Notes under the pieces: model-generated
What the model was told of the DNA's origin: nothing
The model's input: the letters and a program-made list of their open reading frames with translations, nothing else
Database searches by the model: none
Made by a program: the position numbers and the translations under genes
Shown here: piece by piece, positions 47,508 through 57,925 of the stretch
Layout of the letters: each line of letters opens with the position of its first letter
How positions within the stretch are numbered: the first letter of the stretch is position 1
NCBI GenBank assembly: GCA_016794365.1
Contig: JAEUKB010000025.1
Location: 116,693 to 180,692 of the forward strand
Direction of reading: 5' to 3'
DNA: 64,000 bases
DNA from: Myxococcales bacterium
Lineage (GTDB): Bacteria; Myxococcota_A; Polyangia; Palsa-1104; JAEUJZ01

Positions 47508-48629
47508 GTGATGTCTGAGCTGCCACCAATCGATCTGGAGTCACTGCTACAGCCGATCTCGGAGCGCGAGCCCGCCGGAGAGTGGCTGCGCTATGAAGGC
47601 ACCTACGATGCAATTGCGGAAGCGCGTCGCGAGGAAGATGACTCCCTTCCGCAGGGTGTCTGGCAGATCAAGGTCAAGCGTGCGGATTTTGCGAAGGTTT
47701 CGCAACTTGGCCAAAAAGCCCTGCGTGAGCGGAGCAAAGATCTACAGATTGCAGTGTGGCTGTGTGAGGCATGGTTAAAGCTGCACGGCGTCTCTGGAAT
47801 GACGCTGGGTATCAAGCTGTGTACACAGCTTATGACGCGCTTTTGGGGATCGCTGTATCCGCTGGTGGAAGAAGGGGATTCGTCCTATCGGATGGCTCCT
47901 TTAGAGCTTTTGTCGGGCAAGATCTCTTTGCGGCTTAAAGAGATGTTTCTGACGGAGCCATATGGCGAGCGGCCCGCGTTTACCTGGATCGACTGGGAGC
48001 GTGCGCTGCGCAATGAAAAGACATCAAGCACGGGCGAAGAGATCCTGCCTGCGGTGTTCTTGGCTGCGGCTGCCAACACCAGTGGTCGCTTCTATTCCGC
48101 TCGCTATGCAGAGCTGTCTGCGCTGGATGAAGCCTCGCGCGAACTGGAAGACTTTGTGGTTGCGAAGCTTCCGGATCAACCGGCCATTTTGCGAACGCTT
48201 CGCAACTTGATCCGCGATATCCAGGCTTTGATTGCGCAGTACACACCAGCACCTGCTGTACCAGAGGAACCTTCACAAAGTTCAGATGTTGCGGTGTCCA
48301 GCGACGGTAGTGCAACCCATGATGAGCCTTCGGAGGCTGCAATGCATGGTGACGGATCATCCCCCGGTCGGCCCGCTGCACGGGGCGATGTCCGAGGTGA
48401 AGAAAGCGCAAGTGGCCCGATCCGCAGTCGGGTTCAAGCATATCAACGACTTGTCGAAGCGGCTGAATACCTTCAGCGCACAGAGCCCCACAGTCCAGTT
48501 CCGTACCTTGTGAAACGGGCCGTGGCTTGGGGTAATATGGACCTGATCCAACTTCTCGGTGAACTGGTGGCCGAGGGGGGAGATCGCCAGACGATCTATG
48601 CGCTGCTAGGGGTTAAGGGGCCGCAGTAG
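47508..48629 (+). CDS. tssA: type VI secretion system protein TssA (ImpA N-terminal domain)
   Basis: ImpA_N signature LLQPISEREPAGEWLRYEGTYDAIAEARREEDDSLPQGVWQ; 373 aa. Confidence 0.8.
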   Translation: MMSELPPIDLESLLQPISEREPAGEWLRYEGTYDAIAEARREEDDSLPQGVWQIKVKRADFAKVSQLGQKALRERSKDLQIAVWLCEAWLKLHGVSGMTLGIKLCTQLMTRFWGSLYPLVEEGDSSYRMAPLELLSGKISLRLKEMFLTEPYGERPAFTWIDWERALRNEKTSSTGEEILPAVFLAAAANTSGRFYSARYAELSALDEASRELEDFVVAKLPDQPAILRTLRNLIRDIQALIAQYTPAPAVPEEPSQSSDVAVSSDGSATHDEPSEAAMHGDGSSPGRPAARGDVRGEESASGPIRSRVQAYQRLVEAAEYLQRTEPHSPVPYLVKRAVAWGNMDLIQLLGELVAEGGDRQTIYALLGVKGPQ

Positions 48630-48730
48630 GACAGTAAGAGAAATGGTTCTCATGAGATGCCAAGGATTGGCCCTGGCGTCTGTAGATCAAACCGGGGCCT
48701 GTACGCCCCACTGGCTGAAGTGAGGAAGCG

Positions 48731-49237
48731 ATGTCTGAGAGTACCCAGCACAAGCTCGACCGAGTTAGGCCGCCACGGGTCCAGATCACCTACGATGTGG
48801 AAATCGGTGGCGCCATCCAGATGAAGGAGCTCCCCTTTGTGGTGGGAATCCTTGCTGATCTTGCAGGTCAGCAGGATGCTCTTCCCAAGCTCAAGGAGCG
48901 CAAGTTTGTTCAGATCGATCGGGACAACTTTAACCAGGTGCTCGGCAACATTGCGCCTCGGCTAAAGTACAGCGTTCCCAATCAGATGAAGAAGGACGGA
49001 TCGCCTTTCGGTGTGGATCTGACGTTCCGTCATCTGGATGACTTTCATCCGACTTCGATCGTGAAGAACACCAAGGCTCTGCGCGAGCTGTTGGAGATGC
49101 GCCAGCGCCTGGTGGATCTGCTGACCAAGCTGGATGGAAACGAGGATCTGCAAGGAGAGCTTCAGAAGCTGCTTGCGGACAAAGAGAAGTTTGGTGCTGT
49201 CAAGGCACTGGCCGCCAAGAGCGCGGTGTCGAGCTAA
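48731..49237 (+). CDS. tssB: type VI secretion contractile sheath small subunit TssB (VipA)
   Basis: 168 aa; RVQITYDVEIGGAIQMKELPFVVGILADLAG matches the conserved TssB N-terminal block. Confidence 0.88.
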   Translation: MSESTQHKLDRVRPPRVQITYDVEIGGAIQMKELPFVVGILADLAGQQDALPKLKERKFVQIDRDNFNQVLGNIAPRLKYSVPNQMKKDGSPFGVDLTFRHLDDFHPTSIVKNTKALRELLEMRQRLVDLLTKLDGNEDLQGELQKLLADKEKFGAVKALAAKSAVSS

Positions 49238-49249
49238 GGAGGGGTTGCC

Positions 49250-50716
49250 GTGGCTGAAAACGAGACGACTACCAAGACGAACAACGACATCCTCGACAAC
49301 CTGATTCGCGACGGCAAGATGGCTCGTGATGAGCTTCAGCTTGCGCACTCTCGGACCCTGATTGGCGAGTTTGTGAACCAGGTGGATCCCGCGCAGGTTC
49401 CGCCCGCAGCTGATCTGGCCAAGCTGGTGCTTCAGAAGATCGCGCAGATCGATGAAGTGCTGACGCAGCAGGTCAACGCGATCATGCACGATGAGCGCTT
49501 CCAGAAACTGGAAGGATCGTGGCGCGGTCTGAACTATCTGGTGATGAACACCGAGACTTCCACTTCGCTCAAGCTGCGCGTGATGCACGCGACGAAGAAA
49601 GAGCTACTGAACGATCTGGAAAAGGCTTCGGAATTCGATCAGAGCAATCTGTTCAAAAAGATCTATGAAGAGGAGTTTGGTACGTTCGGCGGCGCTCCCT
49701 ACGGCTGCCTGGTTGGCGACTATGAGTTCGGTCGTCATCCGCAGGACATCTCGCTTCTTTCCAAGATCTCGAACGTGGCTGCGGCTGCGCATGCTCCGTT
49801 CATCAGCGCGGCGAGTCCGAGGCTGTTCGATATGGAAAGCTACACCGAGCTTGGCAACCCGCGTGATCTGTCCAAGCTGTTTGAAAGCTCGGAGCTTATT
49901 ACCTGGCGTTCGTTCCGTGAATCGGAAGACTCGCGCTATGTTGCGCTGACGCTGCCGCGCGTGCTGGGTCGTCTTCCCTACGGAAACAAGACCGTTCCGG
50001 TGGAAGAGTTCCAGTTTGAAGAGGACACGGACGGAAAAGATCACAGCAAGTATCTGTGGAGCAACTCTGCATACGTGCTGGGTCAGCGTGTGACCAATGC
50101 GTTTGCGCTGCACAAGTGGACTGCTGCAATTCGCGGTGTGGAAGGTGGCGGTATTGTGCAGGGACTCCCAGCGCATACCTTCAAGACCGACGAAGGCGAC
50201 ATTGCGCTGAAGTGCCCGACGGAAATCGCCATCACGGATCGCCGTGAAAAGGAGCTGTCGGATCTGGGCTTCGTTGCGCTGTGTCACTGCAAGGACACGG
50301 ACTACGCAGCGTTCTTCGGAGGCCAGACGACCAACAAGCCGAAGACGTACAACACGCCGCAGGCCAATGCCAATGCGTCGCTGTCTTCGCAGCTTCCGTA
50401 CCTGCTCGCATCGTCGCGCTTTGCGCACTATCTGAAGGCGATCATGCGCGACAAGGTTGGTAGCTTCCTTACGCGTGAAAATGTTCAGAACTATCTGAAC
50501 AACTGGATCGCAAACTACATCCTGCTGCGTGATGACGCGGGTCAGGAAACCAAGGCCAAATATCCACTGCGCGAGGCTCGGATCGACGTGTTCGATGTTC
50601 CGGGTAAGCCCGGTGTGTACCGTGCGGTTGCATTCCTAAAGCCGCACTTCCAGCTCAACGAGCTGACCGCTTCGATTCGCTTGGTGGCAGAGCTTCCTCC
50701 GCCTGCCGCTGGTTGA
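49250..50716 (+). CDS. tssC: type VI secretion contractile sheath large subunit TssC (VipB)
   Basis: 488 aa; conserved sheath blocks (GAPYGCLVGDYEFG; LTLPRVLGRLPYG); directly follows tssB. Confidence 0.88.
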   Translation: MAENETTTKTNNDILDNLIRDGKMARDELQLAHSRTLIGEFVNQVDPAQVPPAADLAKLVLQKIAQIDEVLTQQVNAIMHDERFQKLEGSWRGLNYLVMNTETSTSLKLRVMHATKKELLNDLEKASEFDQSNLFKKIYEEEFGTFGGAPYGCLVGDYEFGRHPQDISLLSKISNVAAAAHAPFISAASPRLFDMESYTELGNPRDLSKLFESSELITWRSFRESEDSRYVALTLPRVLGRLPYGNKTVPVEEFQFEEDTDGKDHSKYLWSNSAYVLGQRVTNAFALHKWTAAIRGVEGGGIVQGLPAHTFKTDEGDIALKCPTEIAITDRREKELSDLGFVALCHCKDTDYAAFFGGQTTNKPKTYNTPQANANASLSSQLPYLLASSRFAHYLKAIMRDKVGSFLTRENVQNYLNNWIANYILLRDDAGQETKAKYPLREARIDVFDVPGKPGVYRAVAFLKPHFQLNELTASIRLVAELPPPAAG

Positions 50717-50780
50717 TAACGGGATGCTATGAAAGAGCCTCTCCTTTTCGTGAAGGCAGAGGCCGTAAGGGGAATTCGAG

Positions 50781-51269
50781 ATGCAGAACATTTTCTGGGA
50801 AATTGAAGGAATCAAGGGAGAGTCAACCTCCGATCAGGGCAAGGACATGATCGAGCTGCTTTCCTACAACCACGGTGTTTCGATGCCGCTTACGTCGGGT
50901 CCGTCGAACACCAGCCGTGCTTCGGGCCGCTGTGTTCACCAAGACTTCACCGTGACCAAGCATGCGGACCTTGCTTCGCCCACGCTCAACCTCAAGTGCT
51001 GCGGTGGCGAAGACATCAAGTCGATGAAGGTCCACGTTTGGAAGGCCGACAGCGCAGGCAAGCCGATCGAGTACCTGACCTACACGTTCGATTCCTGCAT
51101 TGTCACCAGCGTCTCTGTTGGCGGCGGTGGCGATCAGCCGGTTGAGACGATCACCTTCAGCTACAAGAAGATCACCTGGGATTACAACCAGCAGCTTCAG
51201 GCTCAGCCGGGTGGCAAGAAGGGCAAGAACTCCTCGAAGTGGTCGCTCGAAGAGAACAAGGGCAGCTAA
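50781..51269 (+). CDS. hcp: type VI secretion tube protein Hcp (TssD)
   Basis: 162 aa; FWEIEGIKGESTSDQGKDMIELLSYNHGVS...FTVTKHADLASPTLNLKCCGGEDIKS is the canonical Hcp pattern. Confidence 0.9.
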   Translation: MQNIFWEIEGIKGESTSDQGKDMIELLSYNHGVSMPLTSGPSNTSRASGRCVHQDFTVTKHADLASPTLNLKCCGGEDIKSMKVHVWKADSAGKPIEYLTYTFDSCIVTSVSVGGGGDQPVETITFSYKKITWDYNQQLQAQPGGKKGKNSSKWSLEENKGS

Positions 51270-51337
51270 GCGCATCGATCGCCGTGATCGGTGTGTGACT
51301 CTGCTTGCTTTGTGAACAGGTAGGAAACGTTCCAACG

Positions 51338-51817
51338 ATGCCGCTTCCGTCCAAACAGCACGTCGCATCGGTACCACTCTTTGAGCGGCTCTCTGATCGA
51401 AATCCAGAGCAGCCGCGTGAGCCGGTACCGCTGCGTACGCTGTCGTTTCCTGATCTGCTTGTGTCCGTTCAGGATGAGATTGCTCGACTCCTCAACACCA
51501 GAACGGGACTGTCTTCTCATGAGCTGCTCGAGCGGGAGCGCTCTGTCATCAATTTTGGGGCCAGCGATTTGCTCTGGGTCAATCCATACGATCCGCAGTC
51601 GATGCGTCACTTGGTCCAGATGCTTACGCAGACTGTCGAAGCATTTGAACCACGGCTTATGCATCCGCGCGTGACGGTCGTTCAGTTCGTGCAAACAGAG
51701 TCTCGGCTCATCCTCAACATCAGTGGAACGCTGATCACGCAGGATCTCAGAGAGCCGGTTTCATTCCGTGTGATGGCCAGTCCTCGTCTGTTGGAGCACA
51801 GAAGCCATGAGCAGTGA
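51338..51817 (+). CDS. tssE: type VI secretion baseplate subunit TssE (gp25/GPW-like)
   Basis: PLFERLSDRNPEQP...VSVQDEIARLLNTR matches the TssE N-terminal block. Start chosen at the ATG at 51338 preceded by AGGTAGGAA; the track ORF opens at 51305. Confidence 0.8.
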   Translation: MPLPSKQHVASVPLFERLSDRNPEQPREPVPLRTLSFPDLLVSVQDEIARLLNTRTGLSSHELLERERSVINFGASDLLWVNPYDPQSMRHLVQMLTQTVEAFEPRLMHPRVTVVQFVQTESRLILNISGTLITQDLREPVSFRVMASPRLLEHRSHEQ

Positions 51818-53615
51818 AGCCAAAGACGAGCTGCTACGTTCCTATCAGCGCGAACTTCAGTATCTGCGCTCGATGGGCGCGGAGTTTGCGCGAAAGTATC
51901 CGAAGATCGCGTCCCGACTTGATCTGTCCGCAGAGGCGTGTGCCGATCCCCACGTTGAGCGACTGATCGAGAGCTTTGCATTTTTAACCGCGCGACTTCA
52001 GCAGCGTCTCGATGCTGACTTTCCGCTGGTTACTACGTCACTGTTGGAATGTCTGTATCCACACCTACTACAGACTGTTCCTTCGATGTCGATTGCGCAC
52101 TTCGATGTCGATCCCGAACAAGGTCTGCCGCTTGGTGGGTTCACTGTTCGCAGAGGCGCGAAGCTGTTTGCGCAGACAGACACTGGCTCTCTGTGTCGAT
52201 TCCGAACCGGAAGTGATCTGACGCTGTGGCCGGTCGAGATCGTCTCTGCTCAGATTGAAGCGACGGATCGATATCCGTATCTGGATGCGTATCCCAAAGG
52301 GATCGCGATGCTGCGGCTCAAGCTGGTCTGTCAGACCGATAGCTTCAGCGAGCTGGATCTGCGATCGCTGCGGCTGTTTGTCAACGCATCCGCAGAAGTG
52401 GCTTCCGCGCTCTACGATCTGCTCACGGCTTCAACGGTTGGCGTTGCGCTGATTCCCGACGGTCGTCCTGAAGTTCAGTATCTGGGTCCGCAAGCGCTTC
52501 GTCCGGTTGGACTGGATGCGGAGGACGCTCTTCTTCCTTCCCCGGACTATGCGCATCCGGCCTATCGACTGCTTCAGGAATACTTTGTCTTTCCGCAGAA
52601 GTTTCTATTCTTCGATGTGGATCTGCCGCGCATTCAGCTCGCGCGCAAGACGGCGGATCTTCTGATCCTGCTGTCAGAGGTTCCGCCGCGATCGGTGTCT
52701 GTAGGAAAGAGCACCTTCCTACTTGGCTGCGCGCCGATCATCAACCTGTTTGCGAAGACCGCAGAGCCGATCCGACTGACGCACAAGCTGCCGGAATATC
52801 AGCTTGTAGCGGACAAGCGCGAAGAAAAGACCTGCGAGATTCACTCGATCGACAGAGTCTCGATGAGCGCGGACCCTGCTTCTAGTCAGCTGATTGCGCC
52901 GTTCTTTTCCTTCAATCACCCAGCGAGCGGAGATCAGCACCAAGCGTTCTATTACGCGCAGCGGAGACCGACCGGACGCGCAGACATGATCGGATGTGAC
53001 ACCTATCTGTCGTTTGTGGATCTGCGCTTTAAGCCGACGCAGCCAGCGACGCAGACGGTGTTCGCGCATACGCTCTGTACCAATCGGGACTTGGCTGCAC
53101 AGATGCCAGCGCGGGCGCGGCTTCAGATGGAAGACTCCGCTCCGGTGAAGTCGGTGATCTGTCTGTCCAAGCCAACAGAGCCGATCACACCACCGCTGGG
53201 AGGCGCTGCGCTGTGGCAGCTTGTCTCTCATTTGTCGCTGAATCACTTGTCGCTGATCGGAGGCAGAGAGAGCCGAGATGCGCTACGGGAGATCCTGCGA
53301 CTGTATCGCATGAGCCCGACCACAGCGACGGAAAATCAGATCTTGGGAATCTACGAGCTGCGCTGTACTCCCAAGACATTGCAAGCAGGAAGAGACGCCT
53401 GGCGCGGCTTTGTACATGGTCAGGAAGTACAGATTGTCTTTGATGAATCGATGTATGTCGGTCAGAGCGCGCTGATGATGTCAGCGGTGCTGAGCCGCTT
53501 CTTCGGTCTGTACACTGCGGTCAACTCATTTACTACGCTGGTGGTTCGTAGCCGTCAGCGACAGGAGGCGTGGAAGAAATGGCCACCACTGGCGGGCTCC
53601 CGCAACCTTCTGTAA
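51807..53615 (+). CDS. tssF: type VI secretion baseplate subunit TssF
   Basis: 602 aa; LLRSYQRELQYLRSMGAEFARKYPKIASRL and ERLIESFAFLTARLQ are TssF-conserved; overlaps tssE and tssG. Confidence 0.85.
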   Translation: MSSEAKDELLRSYQRELQYLRSMGAEFARKYPKIASRLDLSAEACADPHVERLIESFAFLTARLQQRLDADFPLVTTSLLECLYPHLLQTVPSMSIAHFDVDPEQGLPLGGFTVRRGAKLFAQTDTGSLCRFRTGSDLTLWPVEIVSAQIEATDRYPYLDAYPKGIAMLRLKLVCQTDSFSELDLRSLRLFVNASAEVASALYDLLTASTVGVALIPDGRPEVQYLGPQALRPVGLDAEDALLPSPDYAHPAYRLLQEYFVFPQKFLFFDVDLPRIQLARKTADLLILLSEVPPRSVSVGKSTFLLGCAPIINLFAKTAEPIRLTHKLPEYQLVADKREEKTCEIHSIDRVSMSADPASSQLIAPFFSFNHPASGDQHQAFYYAQRRPTGRADMIGCDTYLSFVDLRFKPTQPATQTVFAHTLCTNRDLAAQMPARARLQMEDSAPVKSVICLSKPTEPITPPLGGAALWQLVSHLSLNHLSLIGGRESRDALREILRLYRMSPTTATENQILGIYELRCTPKTLQAGRDAWRGFVHGQEVQIVFDESMYVGQSALMMSAVLSRFFGLYTAVNSFTTLVVRSRQRQEAWKKWPPLAGSRNLL

Positions 53616-54658
53616 TCGATGAGCTGTACAAAGAACCGCAGCGCTTTGGCTTCTATCAGCTTGTACGGCTGTTAGAGATGCTTGCTCCAGATTCCGTTGC
53701 GCTGGGCGAAGGGGGCGAGCCTGCGCTGGAAGCAGTGCGATTCCGTTCGTCCTTTTCGCTCGCATTTCCGCCGAGTGATATCGTTGCCATAGAGCCACCG
53801 AGCGGCGAAGATGGGATTCCTACCGTAACCGTTTCGATGCTGGGACTCGGCGGTGCGCATGGACCTCTTCCACACAACCTGACCGACTGGGTGCTGGAAC
53901 GCAATGCTGCGCGCGACCATGCACTGCGCGACTTTCTGGACATCTTCGATCATCGCTTGGTGTCGCTTTTGTTTCGGGTTCGTCAGCGCTGTAAGCTGGG
54001 AACAGAGTGGACTTCTCCCGAGGAGCATCACTTCGCAGAGTTTCTGTATGCGCTGATGGGAATGCTGACAGAGGGACTGCGAGATCGGCTGAAGGTTCCT
54101 GATCGCGCGCTGCTCCGTTATGCCGGACTGTTGACCAAGCAGCCGCGTGATGCGATGGGTCTGGAGCGAATGCTGACCGATCATTTTGGCGTCAAGGTGA
54201 TCTGTCATCAGCTTCGCGGAATGATGCGTCCGATCGAAGAAGAACAGTGGACCAAGATCGGACTCAGCGGTCAAAACCAGATGCTTGGGAGTCAAGCGCT
54301 GGTCGGAACGATGGTCTGGGATCAACAAGCCGGAATCGAGCTGGAAGTCGGGCCGCTGCCGTGGAATCGCTATCTGGACTTTTTGCCGGGACAGCCCGGA
54401 CTGCAAGCGCTGATTCAGCTTGCGCGGTTTTACATTGGACCAGCGTTTGAGATCTTTGTCGCGCTCCTCATCAAAGCGGAAGAGATTCCGCGTGCGCGGC
54501 TGAGTCAGCCTGTGAAGGACAAGCCACCAGTAGCGGAGCAGCCGATCTTGGGACTGACCTCGTTTCTGTCTTATGGGACGAAGCTACGCGGGACTCCTAG
54601 AGTTGCTCTGGGTGCGGTGGCCCGTTACAGCGATGAACCACTGAGGGCTACGCCGTGA
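53570..54658 (+). CDS. tssG: type VI secretion baseplate subunit TssG
   Basis: 362 aa; N-terminal LYKEPQRFGFYQLVRLLE matches the TssG start block; follows tssF with overlap. Confidence 0.8.
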   Translation: MEEMATTGGLPQPSVIDELYKEPQRFGFYQLVRLLEMLAPDSVALGEGGEPALEAVRFRSSFSLAFPPSDIVAIEPPSGEDGIPTVTVSMLGLGGAHGPLPHNLTDWVLERNAARDHALRDFLDIFDHRLVSLLFRVRQRCKLGTEWTSPEEHHFAEFLYALMGMLTEGLRDRLKVPDRALLRYAGLLTKQPRDAMGLERMLTDHFGVKVICHQLRGMMRPIEEEQWTKIGLSGQNQMLGSQALVGTMVWDQQAGIELEVGPLPWNRYLDFLPGQPGLQALIQLARFYIGPAFEIFVALLIKAEEIPRARLSQPVKDKPPVAEQPILGLTSFLSYGTKLRGTPRVALGAVARYSDEPLRATP

Positions 54659-56688
54659 GCGATCATGATTTTCTAAGTGCATCGACTCCTGCTGCGGATG
54701 CCTTGGTATTGGAGTCGTTTCATGGACAGGAAGAGCTGTCCTTGCCGTTTTTGTATCACCTTCAGTTTCTGTCGAACGATCGCAAGATCGACTTCAAGAA
54801 GCTGATGGGAAAAGCGGTAACGATCACCATCAAGCTTCCCGACAAGTCGAAGCGCCACATCTGCGGCATCGTGTCGCGCTTTACAGAGTCCGGATACGAT
54901 CCCAGACACGCCATCTACATTGCAGAGCTGCGTCCCTGGCTGTGGCTGCTGACGCTGCATGCGGACAATCGAATCTTTCAGAACAAGAGCGTTCCCGAGA
55001 TCATCGAAGAGGTCTTCTCAGATCTGGGCTTTCAAGACTTCAAAAAAAGCCTGAAGGGAACGTACGCCAAGCGCGAGTTCTGCGTGCAGTATCAGGAGTC
55101 GAGCTTCGACTTTGTCTGTCGCTTGATGGAAGACGAAGGAATCTTCTATTACTTCGAGCACAGCGACGGAAAGCACATGATGGTGCTAGCCGATGACAGC
55201 GATGGCTACGCCAAGTGTACGGGCTCTGAAGAAGTGAAAATGGGACTGGATGATCTGCCGAACAGCATCCGTGACTGCTCGTTTGAGGAGTCGATCGTCT
55301 CTACCGGATATGCACTGACAGACTACAACTTCGAGATTCCTTCCACTGATCTGTTTGTCAAGACAGGTGAGAGTTCGGCGCGGCTCGTCTACGATCATCC
55401 GGGCAACTACGCGAAGAAGGACGAAGGTGAGAGGCTCGCCAAGATTCGGATTGAATCGGTTGAGCATGCGCAGAAGGTGCTGCGTGCAAGCGGCAATGCG
55501 CGCGGCTTTACAGCGGGTGGAAAGTTCAAGCTGACCAAGCACGATCGCAGCGATCTCAATCAAGAGTATGTGGTGCGCAGCGTGTCGCATAAGGCAGATC
55601 GCGCGCGCTACGAAAATCAGATCGAAGCACTTCCTGCAACGGTTGTGTTTCGTCCGCTTCGCAAGACCCGCAGGCAGATGGCGCTGGGAAGTCAGGTCGC
55701 GACGGTGGTCGGCAAGTCTGGCGAGGAGATCTGGACCGACAAATACGGTCGCGTCAAAGTCCAGTTTCCGTGGGATCGCAAAGGCAAAAAGGATGAAAAC
55801 AGCTCGTGCTGGATTCGTGTTGCGCAGCACTGGGCGGGGAAGGGCTACGGAACGTTTTTTCTGCCGCGCATCGGTCAGGAAGTGGTGATCACGTTCATCG
55901 ATGGGAATCCCGACAGACCGCTGATCACCGGCGCGGTATATAACGCAGAACAGACGGTTCCGTACGCGCTGCCAGACAACCAGACCAAGAGCACCACCAA
56001 GTCGCGAACCAGCAAAGGTGGCGGTGGATTCAACGAGATCCGCTTGGAAGACAAGAAGGACTCCGAAGAGATCTACGTCCACGCGCAGAAGGACATGAAC
56101 ATTGAAGTCAAACACGATCGAACTGCCAAGATCGAGAATGACTGCAAGACAGAGATCAAAAACGATCGCAGCGCCAAGATCGATAACAACGACAAGACGG
56201 TGGTGAAAAAGAACCGGGAAGTCGAAGTGACCGAAGGCGATGAGCTGCTGCAAGTCAAGAAGGGGAATCGGACGATCTCCGTCGATAAAGGGGACGAAAA
56301 GCACACCGTTAAGGGCAAGCGAACCGTCTCTGTTGAGAAGGATGAAAAGCACAGCAACAAAGCGAAGTTCAGCCACACGGTCGATAAGGACTACATCCTG
56401 ACCATCAAGGGAGACCTGACGATCGAAGTGGATGGTGACATCAAGATCAAGTCGAAGAAGGGCATCAAGGCAGAGGCCTCTGCTGCGGTGGATCTCAAGT
56501 CGGGAGCGGACATGAAGCTCAAGGCGGGAGCCAACATGAAGCAGGAAGCAGCGATGAATCTGGATGTCAAAGCGGGTGTAGGAATGAAGCTCGAAGGCGT
56601 CAACATCGATGTGAAAGCATCGGCGATGGCGAAGCTGGAAGGCGGTGCAATGGCTGCGATCAAGGGTGCGCTACTAAAGCTGAACTAA
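54655..56688 (+). CDS. vgrG: type VI secretion spike protein VgrG (TssI), no C-terminal effector extension
   Basis: 677 aa. N-terminal gp27-like block (LVLESFHGQEELSLPFLYHLQFLS...LMGKAVTITI); gp5-like beta-helix repeats at the C-terminus (KIENDCKTEIKNDRSAKIDNNDKTVVKKNREVEV...); ends right after the beta-helix. Confidence 0.88.
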   Translation: MSDHDFLSASTPAADALVLESFHGQEELSLPFLYHLQFLSNDRKIDFKKLMGKAVTITIKLPDKSKRHICGIVSRFTESGYDPRHAIYIAELRPWLWLLTLHADNRIFQNKSVPEIIEEVFSDLGFQDFKKSLKGTYAKREFCVQYQESSFDFVCRLMEDEGIFYYFEHSDGKHMMVLADDSDGYAKCTGSEEVKMGLDDLPNSIRDCSFEESIVSTGYALTDYNFEIPSTDLFVKTGESSARLVYDHPGNYAKKDEGERLAKIRIESVEHAQKVLRASGNARGFTAGGKFKLTKHDRSDLNQEYVVRSVSHKADRARYENQIEALPATVVFRPLRKTRRQMALGSQVATVVGKSGEEIWTDKYGRVKVQFPWDRKGKKDENSSCWIRVAQHWAGKGYGTFFLPRIGQEVVITFIDGNPDRPLITGAVYNAEQTVPYALPDNQTKSTTKSRTSKGGGGFNEIRLEDKKDSEEIYVHAQKDMNIEVKHDRTAKIENDCKTEIKNDRSAKIDNNDKTVVKKNREVEVTEGDELLQVKKGNRTISVDKGDEKHTVKGKRTVSVEKDEKHSNKAKFSHTVDKDYILTIKGDLTIEVDGDIKIKSKKGIKAEASAAVDLKSGADMKLKAGANMKQEAAMNLDVKAGVGMKLEGVNIDVKASAMAKLEGGAMAAIKGALLKLN

Positions 56689-56689
56689 C

Positions 56690-57925
56690 ATGAGCGAAGA
56701 GTCACAGAATACGAAGGACACAGCGTCCAGTCCGCCGACAGAGTCTCCGCAAGGCGAGCACATCGAACACGATGAGGACGGCAACGTCAGCATGCGTGGA
56801 CCGCTGCGCGATGGAAAAATGGATGGAGAGTTTACGTTCTTCCAAGGCGGAAAGCTGTTTCAGAAGTCGCACTATAGGAACGATCTTCTCGACGGAGAAT
56901 CGGTCGAATATTTTCCAAGTGGGAAGGTCTGTCAGCGGGTCCATTTCAAGGCTGGAAAGATCAGCGGACTGCTGCGACGCTTTGATGAACAAGGTCGTCC
57001 AGAGCTACTGGCTGCGTACGTTCAGGGCGAGCTGCATGGCGACATGGTGACCTATGAAAACGGTCAGATGCAGAGCCAACAGCACTATGTCAAAGGCAAG
57101 AAGCACGGAATCGGAATCATTTATGCTCCCGATGGAACACCGCTTCTGTCGGCGCACTTTCAGAACGACAAGCGACATGGGGAAGCGGTCTACTTTGGTC
57201 CGCATGGTGTGGTGATTCGTCGCGAGCCTTATGTCGAAGGTCTGATTCACGGAACGGTGCAGGATTTTTATCCAGAAGGTGGACTGCGCGAAACCAGTCA
57301 GTATGTTTCGGGCAAGCTACATGGTGAATCGCAGGTGTTTTATCCGAACGGAAAGCTCCAGCGGCGGGCTCGCCATGAGCAGGGAGCGCCGATCGGAACG
57401 CCGGAGCAGTTCGATGAAAAGGGGCGTCTGCTACAGACTCTGCAAGCGCCAGCCAGTCCGTCGGTGGAAGCCCAAGCAGCAGATGCTGCCAAGCAGTCTG
57501 CAATTCGCGGTCTGATGGACGTTGCGCGCAAGAAAGCTGTGGCTGCGGTCGCGCCTGCGGTGACAGGAATTCTGGGTGGTGCAGCGATGCCTGCGGCTCC
57601 TGAAGTGGCGAGCGCAGCAGAGCTTCCGACCGCGCCTGAGCTTCCGAAAGCACCAGAGCTGCCACAGGCACCAGAGGTTCCTGAAGCGAAGCCAGAGCTG
57701 GCTGCGGCAGCAGAGAAGCTGGCAGAAAAAGCGAAGGAACAAGCGGCAGAGAAAGCAGCAGAGAAGGCAGATGCCAAGACGCTGGCTGCCAAGGCTGATG
57801 CATCCGCAGCAAAGACTGCGAAGAAGGCACCACCACCGCCACCACCGCGCAAAGGACTGATTTTAGAGCCTCCGAACATTGGTACATTGCCACGAACAGA
57901 GACTCCGACACCGAGAGGGAAGTGA
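56690..57925 (+). CDS. MORN-variant/YwqK-like repeat protein with Ala/Pro/Lys-rich C-terminal tail, immediately downstream of vgrG
   Basis: Repeated G.L.G....Y..nG units (YFPSGKVCQRVHFKAGKISGLLRRFDEQG; TYENGQMQSQQHYVKGKKHGIGIIYAPDG; FYPEGGLRETSQYVSGKLHGESQVFYPNGKL). Tail (APELP)n ... AEKAAEKA ... PPPPPPR. Confidence 0.6.
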   Translation: MSEESQNTKDTASSPPTESPQGEHIEHDEDGNVSMRGPLRDGKMDGEFTFFQGGKLFQKSHYRNDLLDGESVEYFPSGKVCQRVHFKAGKISGLLRRFDEQGRPELLAAYVQGELHGDMVTYENGQMQSQQHYVKGKKHGIGIIYAPDGTPLLSAHFQNDKRHGEAVYFGPHGVVIRREPYVEGLIHGTVQDFYPEGGLRETSQYVSGKLHGESQVFYPNGKLQRRARHEQGAPIGTPEQFDEKGRLLQTLQAPASPSVEAQAADAAKQSAIRGLMDVARKKAVAAVAPAVTGILGGAAMPAAPEVASAAELPTAPELPKAPELPQAPEVPEAKPELAAAAEKLAEKAKEQAAEKAAEKADAKTLAAKADASAAKTAKKAPPPPPPRKGLILEPPNIGTLPRTETPTPRGK

